A stretch of DNA of 63,778 nt, filler included, from Lama guanicoe (Eukaryota): assembly GCA_013239625.1 (NCBI GenBank). It is 189 parts of 189 records of this genome, joined end to end, with 100 filler letters (N's around TTAATTAATTAA, not from the genome) between each part and the next. Parts side by side here need not be neighbours in the genome. Positions count along the whole stretch, not along the records: positions 35,490 to 35,727 come from PNXV01045851.1; positions 35,828 to 36,065 come from PNXV01045852.1; positions 36,166 to 36,403 come from PNXV01045853.1; positions 36,504 to 36,741 come from PNXV01045854.1; positions 36,842 to 37,079 come from PNXV01045855.1; positions 37,180 to 37,417 come from PNXV01045856.1; positions 37,518 to 37,755 come from PNXV01045857.1; positions 37,856 to 38,093 come from PNXV01045858.1; 181 more parts are not named here. One strand, written 5' to 3'. Below are positions 35,390 through 47,216 of the stretch, one piece after another. Positions within the stretch are counted from its first letter, which is position 1, and each line of letters opens with the position of its first letter. Under the pieces are notes generated by a model. That model was given only the letters and a program-made list of their open reading frames with translations. It ran no database searches and was not told where the DNA came from. Position numbers and translations under genes: made by a program.

Positions 35390-38300
35390 NNNNNNNNNNN
35401 NNNNNNNNNNNNNNNNNNNNNNNNNNNNNNNNNTTAATTAATTAANNNNNNNNNNNNNNNNNNNNNNNNNNNNNNNNNNNNNNNNNNNNTAGGTAGACCA
35501 TCCACTCCCCCACTGCACTGCTGGGGTTGCCAGTCATCCAGGCTGGTGGTGTCTGGGAATATCCTGAAGCTTCTGGAAGGTGGCAGCCTCCACTGTTCAA
35601 TGCCTATTTACCTTCCAAGCCCTGTATGGTATTGGGGTGTAGGACTGGCCCACATGGGGGGTGAGCAAGGCATCCCTAGGGATGATGTAATGAATGGGTT
35701 CCCCATAACACATGGGTCACAGAATTCNNNNNNNNNNNNNNNNNNNNNNNNNNNNNNNNNNNNNNNNNNNNTTAATTAATTAANNNNNNNNNNNNNNNNN
35801 NNNNNNNNNNNNNNNNNNNNNNNNNNNATTATATTATATATATTATATTATTCTATTATATATCTATATAATTCCACTTTATATGTGTGTGTGGGTGTGT
35901 ATATATATATATATATATATGTATGTCACAAATTCTTTATCCAGTCATCTGTCAGTGGACACTTGGGTTTTTCCATGCCTTGGCTGTTGTAAACATTGCT
36001 GCTATGAACATTGGGATGCATATATCTTTCCAAATTAGAGTTTTCTTCAGATATATGCCCAGGAGNNNNNNNNNNNNNNNNNNNNNNNNNNNNNNNNNNN
36101 NNNNNNNNNTTAATTAATTAANNNNNNNNNNNNNNNNNNNNNNNNNNNNNNNNNNNNNNNNNNNNTTTTGGCACAGTGTTATTTGATAGCAACTCACAGG
36201 AATAACACAGCCTTCTTATGTACACAAACTCAATATCCCACAAAAGGAAAAGGTTCAATTCAAATCTGGTCACACTGAGTAAATGAAAACTTAGTGCAGG
36301 TGAGTATAACTTTTTATAAAAACTGAGTTCTCTGTGGATGTATATGTGCCCTGTATTAACTCCAGATATGGGAAATATCATAGAGTCATTGATCTTAGAG
36401 GAANNNNNNNNNNNNNNNNNNNNNNNNNNNNNNNNNNNNNNNNNNNNTTAATTAATTAANNNNNNNNNNNNNNNNNNNNNNNNNNNNNNNNNNNNNNNNN
36501 NNNTTCGTAAGATCAGCTCTCACGCTGAAGGTTTGCTGCAGTGGCCTTTCTGCTGTTGAACTCTGGAAATTTGTACCAGTCATCCTGAGAAATGGCTTAA
36601 AGTCAAACGTAATAGATCTGGAGTCCAGCTGAGCGGGGTGTTCAGTAACAAAAGAGATTCAACCAAAGGTGGTACCCAAGTTCAAAAGAAGTGAAGAGCG
36701 GCAGGTCCCTTGGTGCAGGAGCACGTTAAGGCGGAATCCGTNNNNNNNNNNNNNNNNNNNNNNNNNNNNNNNNNNNNNNNNNNNNTTAATTAATTAANNN
36801 NNNNNNNNNNNNNNNNNNNNNNNNNNNNNNNNNNNNNNNNNCCTTGAGTTTACTTAGGTAAAAAATGCTGGAGTGCAGAGCACACGCTGTGACTTGCCGT
36901 GCAGTCCAAGCTACTAGGAAGATGCTAACTCAGAACTTAAGCTCTCATTAACTTCCCACGAGAATTCAATGCAGTTCAAATAGTAATTCAAGACACTCTG
37001 CATCTTCCTTTTTACTGAGCAAAACCACAGTATCAAACACTGCATCCCTGACTAGACAATCTTTCCCATAAAAAAAAAANNNNNNNNNNNNNNNNNNNNN
37101 NNNNNNNNNNNNNNNNNNNNNNNTTAATTAATTAANNNNNNNNNNNNNNNNNNNNNNNNNNNNNNNNNNNNNNNNNNNNTGAATGCAGACTCCTTGGTTC
37201 TTACTCTTTCCAAGCCCCGATTTAGTCACCTGTAAAAGCGGGAGCTGGACCCAGACGTGGGATGACACAGCGATGCACAGAGTTGGGGCTGATTCTGAAC
37301 CTGAGCTTGTCTTCTGGTCTGGTCCCTGTCACAATCGCAGGGTAAAACCTGCCCTGGGAAAATCAGACGCCAAAGCAGGTATAGGTACCAGTGCAGTGGC
37401 AGCATCGCTGTGAGGACNNNNNNNNNNNNNNNNNNNNNNNNNNNNNNNNNNNNNNNNNNNNTTAATTAATTAANNNNNNNNNNNNNNNNNNNNNNNNNNN
37501 NNNNNNNNNNNNNNNNNCCACTCTCAGGATTCTGGAAGCCAGACTTGTGGAGGGGTGATTTGTGTATCACCACTCCACACAGCTGGATGTGGGCACAGGT
37601 GTTCCTTATAGGGAGAATTCATCTAAATACTTCCTCACTCCATCGGGGGGCACTCGACACTTTTTGGCCCCAAATCCCAACCCTCATCTTTCCCTCAGAG
37701 CCAGGGCTAGGGGAACACTCAGGGATTACAAGCTAAGGGATTCTATTAGAACCCANNNNNNNNNNNNNNNNNNNNNNNNNNNNNNNNNNNNNNNNNNNNT
37801 TAATTAATTAANNNNNNNNNNNNNNNNNNNNNNNNNNNNNNNNNNNNNNNNNNNNTGCCGAGATTTGCATCAGCCTGCATCGTGGAAAAGCAGTGAAAAG
37901 TTAGTGATGGGTATAGGTGTTTGGATTTGTGGAACTGAGCCGAGTGCAAAAGGGCCCAATGACCAGGGCCTCCTGTCTGCCTTTTCGGTCTCTTTTAAAA
38001 AGTTTTCCCCACCTCTCACAACTGCTATGTTTCTCGCTCTTCTAACCATAGAATTTTGAACATGTTCCTATCACAGTACTATTTATTTATTATNNNNNNN
38101 NNNNNNNNNNNNNNNNNNNNNNNNNNNNNNNNNNNNNTTAATTAATTAANNNNNNNNNNNNNNNNNNNNNNNNNNNNNNNNNNNNNNNNNNNNTGCAGAT
38201 TTCAGTGTCGGAAGACAACTCTGAGGATGTCCGTTCCCAACCTTTTCCTGAAGTGTGGGCGACAGTCAGGTGGCTCACAGATGCAGCATTAAATTGGATT

Positions 38301-40606
38301 GGCTCACACACTGAGAAAGTTGTTTCTTTTTCTATTCTATTTTAAACCTCCTGTTTGAGTAGAGAAGAAAGCCTTGGGTTTAGTAATAGTGTGTCTAACA
38401 CCTCTGACACTTACTAACATCCCTTTTCAACNNNNNNNNNNNNNNNNNNNNNNNNNNNNNNNNNNNNNNNNNNNNTTAATTAATTAANNNNNNNNNNNNN
38501 NNNNNNNNNNNNNNNNNNNNNNNNNNNNNNNAAAGTAAAATTGTTAATGTCATTTGACATGATTTACTGAGTACATACTAAAGCAGTTACATTGGGCAGA
38601 AGGTTGTCATTCTCTGAAATTAACCTGTTTATCATCAAATATTAAATATACCTAAAATTCTCATAAAATCAACTTTTTTTTTCATATAACTCTGCTCTGA
38701 AAAGGAAGAAAGTGAATCCGCAACTACTAAAAACTGGGCTTCCTGCTACTCTGGAGCTTGAACTTCTCANNNNNNNNNNNNNNNNNNNNNNNNNNNNNNN
38801 NNNNNNNNNNNNNTTAATTAATTAANNNNNNNNNNNNNNNNNNNNNNNNNNNNNNNNNNNNNNNNNNNNAGACCATCAGGTTTTAATTCTAACACCCAGG
38901 CCTGCAGGAGAAAAGAATGAAGCGTTTCTTAGGGAAAGAATGGGGAGCGAAGAGAAACAAAAACCTTTTGAGCTGAGACAAAAATATTCTAGTAGGATTT
39001 TTACATCCATTTTCTCTACTTGGAAGGGCAGGGAAGGACACATGTAAAGGAAAAACTGAGTGGCGAAAATCCAGTTCTTATGTCGCAGATGGTGGGATTG
39101 AGAATAANNNNNNNNNNNNNNNNNNNNNNNNNNNNNNNNNNNNNNNNNNNNTTAATTAATTAANNNNNNNNNNNNNNNNNNNNNNNNNNNNNNNNNNNNN
39201 NNNNNNNGTTAATTTTGTATATGGTGTGAGTTCATGGATTGAAATTCTTTTTTTTTTCTCCTTTGGATACCTAATTATTCTAGCACTGTTTGTTTCCTAG
39301 ACATGTATATTTGGGAAGAGGTTTTGGAGCAGAAATGATCCACCCTCCTCTATCTAGTGAGCTACTCATCCTTCAAAAGCCAGGTCAAATGTCCCTTTGG
39401 CTAGGAAGCCTTCCCCAGCCGAGGCCAGGTAGCTCTTTCAACTGTNNNNNNNNNNNNNNNNNNNNNNNNNNNNNNNNNNNNNNNNNNNNTTAATTAATTA
39501 ANNNNNNNNNNNNNNNNNNNNNNNNNNNNNNNNNNNNNNNNNNNNTGCAAGCCTGCTTTTCCTGAGGTTTTGGTGGACAAGGGGAAGTCTGTGTTCCTGG
39601 TTCTGCCCGCCCCGCAGACTTGTGAGGCCTCACACGGTGGGGTGGGGCTACAGCCTTTCTCAGGGAAGAAAAACACTTTGCTGGCATCATGATCGAACCC
39701 TGAAAAACAAAAGAGCAGGACGAGGGGCTCTTTAAGGAGGTGTGTGGAGAGAAAGTGGTGGAGAGAGGTGGTTTTACTTCTACNNNNNNNNNNNNNNNNN
39801 NNNNNNNNNNNNNNNNNNNNNNNNNNNTTAATTAATTAANNNNNNNNNNNNNNNNNNNNNNNNNNNNNNNNNNNNNNNNNNNNTGCTTCCCATGTGCAGG
39901 AGGGTGAGAGCTACCCCTCCACACCTCTTCTCGTGAGTTTGTCCACTCACCCCCATTATCCTCTTGAAACAGTAAAACTACTTCGTTCAACCTAGAACTT
40001 TCTCCCAATTTCTAGACTTATTTGCCTATTGGACATCTTTCCTGGAGCCCACAGGCATGCAGTCAGAACTGGATCAGTTGTCTCCTCTCACGACTTGCTC
40101 CTCTTCCTGCCCTTCTTATTTNNNNNNNNNNNNNNNNNNNNNNNNNNNNNNNNNNNNNNNNNNNNTTAATTAATTAANNNNNNNNNNNNNNNNNNNNNNN
40201 NNNNNNNNNNNNNNNNNNNNNCTAATATATGTTGTTCCTACACTAGGCCTTAAATATAGGCCTTAAATATAGGCCTTGGGATCATTTAAAGTAATTTTAT
40301 GTTGAAGATATTCTCAATTTTTAGCATTGCTTAGACTTTTTTTTATTTGATGTTTTTACCATTTATCTAGATTCTGGTCTTTTGTTTTCATCTAAGACTT
40401 TAGGTTTTGGTTCTTTTTTTAAGAGTTCTAATCCCAGGAGTATAATCTAGTTAAAAATANNNNNNNNNNNNNNNNNNNNNNNNNNNNNNNNNNNNNNNNN
40501 NNNTTAATTAATTAANNNNNNNNNNNNNNNNNNNNNNNNNNNNNNNNNNNNNNNNNNNNCCAGGAATCCCACTCCTGGGCTTGTATCCAGAAGGAACCCT
40601 ACTTCA

Positions 40607-40797
40607 GCCATAAAGTATTTTTAAATTAAAATTGGTACATTGTTTTTTAGACGTAATATTACACACTTAATAGACTGTAGTGTCAAAATAAGTTTTATAT
40701 GCATTGGAAAACCAAAAAAATTCATGTGACTTGCTTTATTACAATATTTTCTTTATTGTGATGATCTGGAACCAAACCCACAATATCTTTGAGGTAT
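40607..40797 (+). mobile_element. Tigger1 3' end
   Basis: acacacttaatagact...gaaaaccaaaaaaattcatgtgacttgctttatt...tctggaaccaaacccacaatatctttgaggtat. Confidence 0.9.
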
Positions 40798-41573
40798 NNN
40801 NNNNNNNNNNNNNNNNNNNNNNNNNNNNNNNNNNNNNNNNNTTAATTAATTAANNNNNNNNNNNNNNNNNNNNNNNNNNNNNNNNNNNNNNNNNNNNAGT
40901 AACTCAAGATAAAGCATTTAGGAAGGCAGAATCAAGAATATAGAGATATATATCCTTAAAATAGTGTGTCCTTCTGTGACCTAAATATGATCCCTTTAAA
41001 TATAATGTAGAAAAAAAGGGAAAGAACAGCAAGAAATCATTGTCTACTACTTGCTAGCAGTTGTGTCAGATACTTAGATATGCATTATTTTTCTTAATCT
41101 TCATGAATTTCATTCATTAGATACTGTGTTTGAATNNNNNNNNNNNNNNNNNNNNNNNNNNNNNNNNNNNNNNNNNNNNTTAATTAATTAANNNNNNNNN
41201 NNNNNNNNNNNNNNNNNNNNNNNNNNNNNNNNNNNGACACCCATCACCACGGGGCTGAGGAGCTTAAAACCACTGATCCTGTAGCAGCAGAGTCATAAAA
41301 TCCTGCCTTCTATTTGAAAAACATTTGATAGTGGACGTCTGAATGCCTCATCTCAGAGAAAGCCGGGGTACAAGGGACTGAATCATTAACATTTTGCAAA
41401 ATATGGGGAGTCATCACGTCTGAGAAAGCAGATGGCCTCCCCACCACTCAGACACCCCCAACCCAAACAAGCTNNNNNNNNNNNNNNNNNNNNNNNNNNN
41501 NNNNNNNNNNNNNNNNNTTAATTAATTAANNNNNNNNNNNNNNNNNNNNNNNNNNNNNNNNNNNNNNNNNNNN

Positions 41574-41811
41574 GTCCAGGACCAGACGGCTTCACTGGGG
41601 AATTTTACCAAACATACCAAGAAGAGCTCATACCAATCCTCCTCAAACGCTTCCAAAAGATTGAAAAGGAGAAAATGCTTCCAAATTCATTCTATGAAGC
41701 CACCATCACCCTGGTACCAAAGCCAGACCAAGACACTACCTAGAAAGAAAGCTATAGGCCAATATCATTGATATGCATAGATGCAGAAATCCTCAACGAA
41801 ACATTAGCAAA
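41574..41811 (+). pseudogene. L1 ORF2 Z/RT N-terminal region with one in-frame stop
   Basis: [77 protein letters not shown]. Confidence 0.97.
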
Positions 41812-42252
41812 NNNNNNNNNNNNNNNNNNNNNNNNNNNNNNNNNNNNNNNNNNNNTTAATTAATTAANNNNNNNNNNNNNNNNNNNNNNNNNNNNNNNNN
41901 NNNNNNNNNNNCACGCGCTGCCGACCGTTGGTGGAACCCCCCACGCTCAGGATTCCGGAAAAATTTTCACTGCGTGGGGAGCTCGAGAGACAACTCCAAG
42001 CAGCTGTCTTCAGTCACATTTGTTCCCTGTTAGGGGGAATACTGAGAAAGAAATTCTCTGACCTTGGGGAGGCCGCCTCTGTAACTGGGATTACCTATAA
42101 AACCCCCTAGCATTCCCTGGCACAGAGACATTAGGAAAAAACCCAGGNNNNNNNNNNNNNNNNNNNNNNNNNNNNNNNNNNNNNNNNNNNNTTAATTAAT
42201 TAANNNNNNNNNNNNNNNNNNNNNNNNNNNNNNNNNNNNNNNNNNNNATACA

Positions 42253-42485
42253 ACAGCTGTGATGCTCCAAGTGTGGTCTGGGACCCCTGGACTCCCTGAG
42301 ACCCTCTTAGGGGGCCTGTGAGGTCAACGCTCTTTTAAATCACTTGCTTTGGCCTTGCTCACCGGCTCACGAGTGTACTGTGGATTCTCTGTTGTGTGTC
42401 TGGAAGCTCCTCAGAGCTCAGTGAGCCAACATTTTCGAGGACCAGTGCACGACGTTACAAATCATGCATGGGTGAGGCATCCAAG
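42253..42485 (+). mobile_element. hAT-Charlie1-like DNA transposon end
   Basis: caagtgtggtctgggacccctgg...tgagaccctcttagggggcctgtgaggtcaa resembles the Charlie1 terminus. Confidence 0.7.
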
Positions 42486-43261
42486 NNNNNNNNNNNNNNN
42501 NNNNNNNNNNNNNNNNNNNNNNNNNNNNNTTAATTAATTAANNNNNNNNNNNNNNNNNNNNNNNNNNNNNNNNNNNNNNNNNNNNAAGGGGAAAACATAT
42601 GGCACGCATTGTCAACAAGATGACAAAAAGCACATGGGGGAGCTGGCAGAGATGCTAAAACTGAATAGCAAGCAGCAGCAGAGGAGTAAGTACCCCAAGG
42701 AGCCAGCAAGGCTGCACTGCAGCGTCCCACACAGCTGTGGGGTTGGAGGTGACTGCTAGCTTGGAAGGCAGGGTGCAGTGATGGGCTGACACCCAGATCC
42801 TCACTTAAACCCTGAGCAGCTGGNNNNNNNNNNNNNNNNNNNNNNNNNNNNNNNNNNNNNNNNNNNNTTAATTAATTAANNNNNNNNNNNNNNNNNNNNN
42901 NNNNNNNNNNNNNNNNNNNNNNNTACCCTGTTTTGTATGTATATTGACCCGTTACTATATATTTTTATAATAACTGAAAGGAATATAAATTTAAATGCAT
43001 CATACAGAGAACAGAAATAAGAAGAAAATAATCTGTATTGTCCTGTTTCACTATCTAAATTTTAAATTTAAACTTAAAAATTTTGACGTCCTGTTTTACA
43101 ATATCATTATTATTCTGTTGTAAGTCATTGTAGCTTTTGCCTTTCTAATTATGCCTTTCTCNNNNNNNNNNNNNNNNNNNNNNNNNNNNNNNNNNNNNNN
43201 NNNNNTTAATTAATTAANNNNNNNNNNNNNNNNNNNNNNNNNNNNNNNNNNNNNNNNNNNN

Positions 43262-43365
43262 AAGAAATATATATGTGTATGATTGAATCACTATGCTGTA
43301 CACCAGAAATTAGAAATTAACACAACATTATAAACTGACTATATTTCAATTAAAAAAAAAATAAA
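43262..43365 (+). mobile_element. L1 3' end with poly(A)
   Basis: tgaatcactatgctgtacaccagaaatt...aacacaacattataaactgactatatttcaattaaaaaaaa. Confidence 0.9.
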
Positions 43366-45627
43366 AGCCAAAGCCACAAAATATGAAAGTAACTACAAAG
43401 GGTTGCTCCAGCCATAAAATGCAGGATATTTTGATGGGACAGGACTCTTCGTCTCAATCCATCTCCTCTGCTTTCAATATTGCCAGTAACAGACATGAAN
43501 NNNNNNNNNNNNNNNNNNNNNNNNNNNNNNNNNNNNNNNNNNNTTAATTAATTAANNNNNNNNNNNNNNNNNNNNNNNNNNNNNNNNNNNNNNNNNNNNA
43601 TATATGTACTGTTCATTGTTTCTAAGAATGTCTAGAGCTTTAGTTTTTAAAACTACATGGTTATCAAAGGAATAAAGCCAACCACAAAATAAGTTAATTC
43701 AAAAAGATGCATATACCCTGTTATTAACAACATTATTTATGATTGCCAAGATATGGAGTCATTCTAAGTGTACATCAGTAGTTGAATAGGTGATGCAGAT
43801 GCAGCACACATATATATGTAATGGAATACAACTTACCNNNNNNNNNNNNNNNNNNNNNNNNNNNNNNNNNNNNNNNNNNNNTTAATTAATTAANNNNNNN
43901 NNNNNNNNNNNNNNNNNNNNNNNNNNNNNNNNNNNNNCTCTAGAGATCAGATGCTCAAAGTGGGACATACAGTAAATTACTAAATGTTACTTTGGTTGCT
44001 GTCAATGCAGGATTTGTATTAATAATGAAACCAATTGAATTCTCAAAAACCTCCACTGGCAACAATAAACATTTAATTTCCAGAGATGAATAAGGTTAGC
44101 TATGTTGAACACCTTTTGCAATCACTGTGATAACCAAATTCTTCAAATGTTGGGAAATTCTGCTATTTTGTCAAANNNNNNNNNNNNNNNNNNNNNNNNN
44201 NNNNNNNNNNNNNNNNNNNTTAATTAATTAANNNNNNNNNNNNNNNNNNNNNNNNNNNNNNNNNNNNNNNNNNNNCTGATGTGTCGTATTCCCACACCAT
44301 GTATGGCAAGCAGGTGGCTCCCCAGTTAATCTTCTGCTAGCTCTTGGTTGTCTGTCTGATAAAATCCAAGCTTACTGAGCCTTGGGACTGTTGACGCATC
44401 TATAAAATGGGGACAGTATTACTTAGTAAGAAGGAAGCCTGGCACTTGAGAGATCTTCACCATTAATTCCCTCTTTCATTTTCTTTAAGCAAGTTGCCTG
44501 GCTGTTTTCTGTCNNNNNNNNNNNNNNNNNNNNNNNNNNNNNNNNNNNNNNNNNNNNTTAATTAATTAANNNNNNNNNNNNNNNNNNNNNNNNNNNNNNN
44601 NNNNNNNNNNNNNCATTTGTAAAAGTCTTCTATGGCCTAGATAATGTTATTTGATTTTTAAAATATTATGAAAAATAGTGTTGCACCTGCTATAAAATGA
44701 CTGAATAGCATCCGGGAGCCTTACAGGCACAGAAAAGGAAGTACTGAGTATTAAAAGAAGAGAAAAGCCTGAGACACTATCCCTCCCATGGAAAAGAAAC
44801 ATAAAGTATATTGGCCAAATGTACTGTGTCTTCTGGGATTGTTCATTTTTANNNNNNNNNNNNNNNNNNNNNNNNNNNNNNNNNNNNNNNNNNNNTTAAT
44901 TAATTAANNNNNNNNNNNNNNNNNNNNNNNNNNNNNNNNNNNNNNNNNNNNACCACTTCACTGGCCTTTAAACATCCACAAGCTCCAGGATAAAATTCCG
45001 ATGCCCCTCCTTTGTCATCTGACCTGCCCTGTTTCAGCTTCCACCACGCATCACCGGCGCTCTTCCCCCGGAAGTTCTTACCACTCCCTAAGGCAGCCTA
45101 AACCTGTGAGGCACCCAGGTGTCCGTAAGTGTGTTCCCATCAACTGGACCGCCCTCTTCCTCTCCCCTCCTCCTCCATTCATCCAGCAANNNNNNNNNNN
45201 NNNNNNNNNNNNNNNNNNNNNNNNNNNNNNNNNTTAATTAATTAANNNNNNNNNNNNNNNNNNNNNNNNNNNNNNNNNNNNNNNNNNNNAATCAGTGCTC
45301 AGCAAAAATATTTATTAAATGAAGAATGAAAGGCACATTCCTTGGAGTGAGGGAGTCTGGATAAACCTGAATATCTATTCTTGGATATTCTTTCACGTAT
45401 TGTGGGCATTGTGTCCAGTCAGATTTGGTCAAAAATACAGAGCCAGTTGTAACAGATACCAAAGCAGTCAATGCCCATATAACAGCATCCCCTTCAAGAG
45501 AAACTTACATCCACCCACAACTCCTACNNNNNNNNNNNNNNNNNNNNNNNNNNNNNNNNNNNNNNNNNNNNTTAATTAATTAANNNNNNNNNNNNNNNNN
45601 NNNNNNNNNNNNNNNNNNNNNNNNNNN

Positions 45628-45864
45628 GCTGCAAATGGCATTATTTCATTCTTTTTATGGCTGAGTAATATTCCACCATATAAATATACCACAGTGTCTC
45701 TATTCATTCATCTGTTGATGGACACTTAGGTTGCTGTTGGCTTGGCTATTGTAAATAGTGCTGCTATGAACATTAGGGTGCATCTTTTCAAATTAGAGCT
45801 TTCATCTTTTCCCAGCATATGCCCAGGAGTGGGATTGCTGGATCATATGGTAACTCTATTTTTA
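45628..45864 (-). mobile_element. L1 ORF2 end / 3'UTR (237-bp contig)
   Basis: gctgcaaatggcattatttcattctttttatggctgagta...gcccaggagtgggattgctggatcatatggt. Confidence 0.96.
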
Positions 45865-45964
45865 NNNNNNNNNNNNNNNNNNNNNNNNNNNNNNNNNNNN
45901 NNNNNNNNTTAATTAATTAANNNNNNNNNNNNNNNNNNNNNNNNNNNNNNNNNNNNNNNNNNNN

Positions 45965-46168
45965 GGGAGTATCTGGAGCCAGATGCATCCAGGTGTTAGA
46001 AGAGGCAAAGAACCGATTGTCACCTAGTGCCTTTGGAGGGAGTGGAGCCCTGACAAAACCTTTATCTCAGACTTAGGGTCTCTAGAACTCTGAAAGAATA
46101 AGTGCTCTATTGTATTAAGCTACCGAGTTTGTGATAATTTGTTATGGCATCCGTAAGAAGCTAATACA
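45965..46168 (+). mobile_element. MaLR MLT1-type LTR, 3' part
   Basis: agaagaggcaaagaa...ctagaactctgaaagaataa...ttaagctacc.agtttgtg.taatttgttatggca...ctaataca terminus. Confidence 0.88.
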
Positions 46169-46978
46169 TACACCATTGCTGTAATTTTGCCTTTCCCAGA
46201 ATNNNNNNNNNNNNNNNNNNNNNNNNNNNNNNNNNNNNNNNNNNNNTTAATTAATTAANNNNNNNNNNNNNNNNNNNNNNNNNNNNNNNNNNNNNNNNNN
46301 NNATGGTTGGTTGTTGCAGACTTCCTGGTGTAGGATTTCTTTGTTCTTGGAATGCTTTGTTCTTACAGCTGTCCACATGGGTCAGACAAAAAGATCCCTG
46401 TAAAACCTCCAACAAAACAGGTGATTTTCTACTGTGCAACTTCTTAACTTTATAGGAGTGCAAAAGTGTTAATATCCTTAAAGTTCAGAGACTTGAGAAC
46501 AGGCTCTCCTGTCTGTTTCAGGCTAAAGGCAACATTGTTTNNNNNNNNNNNNNNNNNNNNNNNNNNNNNNNNNNNNNNNNNNNNTTAATTAATTAANNNN
46601 NNNNNNNNNNNNNNNNNNNNNNNNNNNNNNNNNNNNNNNNTTTTTTTTTCCCAATCTTTCCTTTACCCATTCTAAGTACACCTGTCCTCTTTTATCTATT
46701 TTTTATAAATTAGGGGATTATTTTGAGCACTGTTTCACTCATTCAATAATCTGTTTATTTCTGTAGCAACTTAGTACCTAATGATGTGAACTTGTCTAGC
46801 TTTCTTCACTTTATTTCTAATGTTCATGGTCATTATACGTTCGTAGATACTCATCACCTGCTCTGTTCATCTAAGTAGNNNNNNNNNNNNNNNNNNNNNN
46901 NNNNNNNNNNNNNNNNNNNNNNTTAATTAATTAANNNNNNNNNNNNNNNNNNNNNNNNNNNNNNNNNNNNNNNNNNNN

Positions 46979-47216
46979 TTCAGAACACAGAATTTAGGAT
47001 ATATAATACAGAAATAAAATGTAGAATATAGAATTTAGTACACAGAACATAAAAAATACTCTTCAGAATACCAAACAGAGAATTTAGAACATTGAATGCT
47101 GTGCACAGAATATAGAATATAGAATTAAGAATATTGAATGTAGAATATAGAGTATTGAACACAGATTATAGAATATAGAATACAGAACCCAGAATTTAGA
47201 ACATTGAATGCAGAAC
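46979..47216. repeat. Degenerate heptamer (AGAATAT-like) tandem repeat with a higher-order unit
   Basis: Repeated agaatat/agaacac/agaattt units. agaatttagaacattgaatgc occurs twice. Confidence 0.9.
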
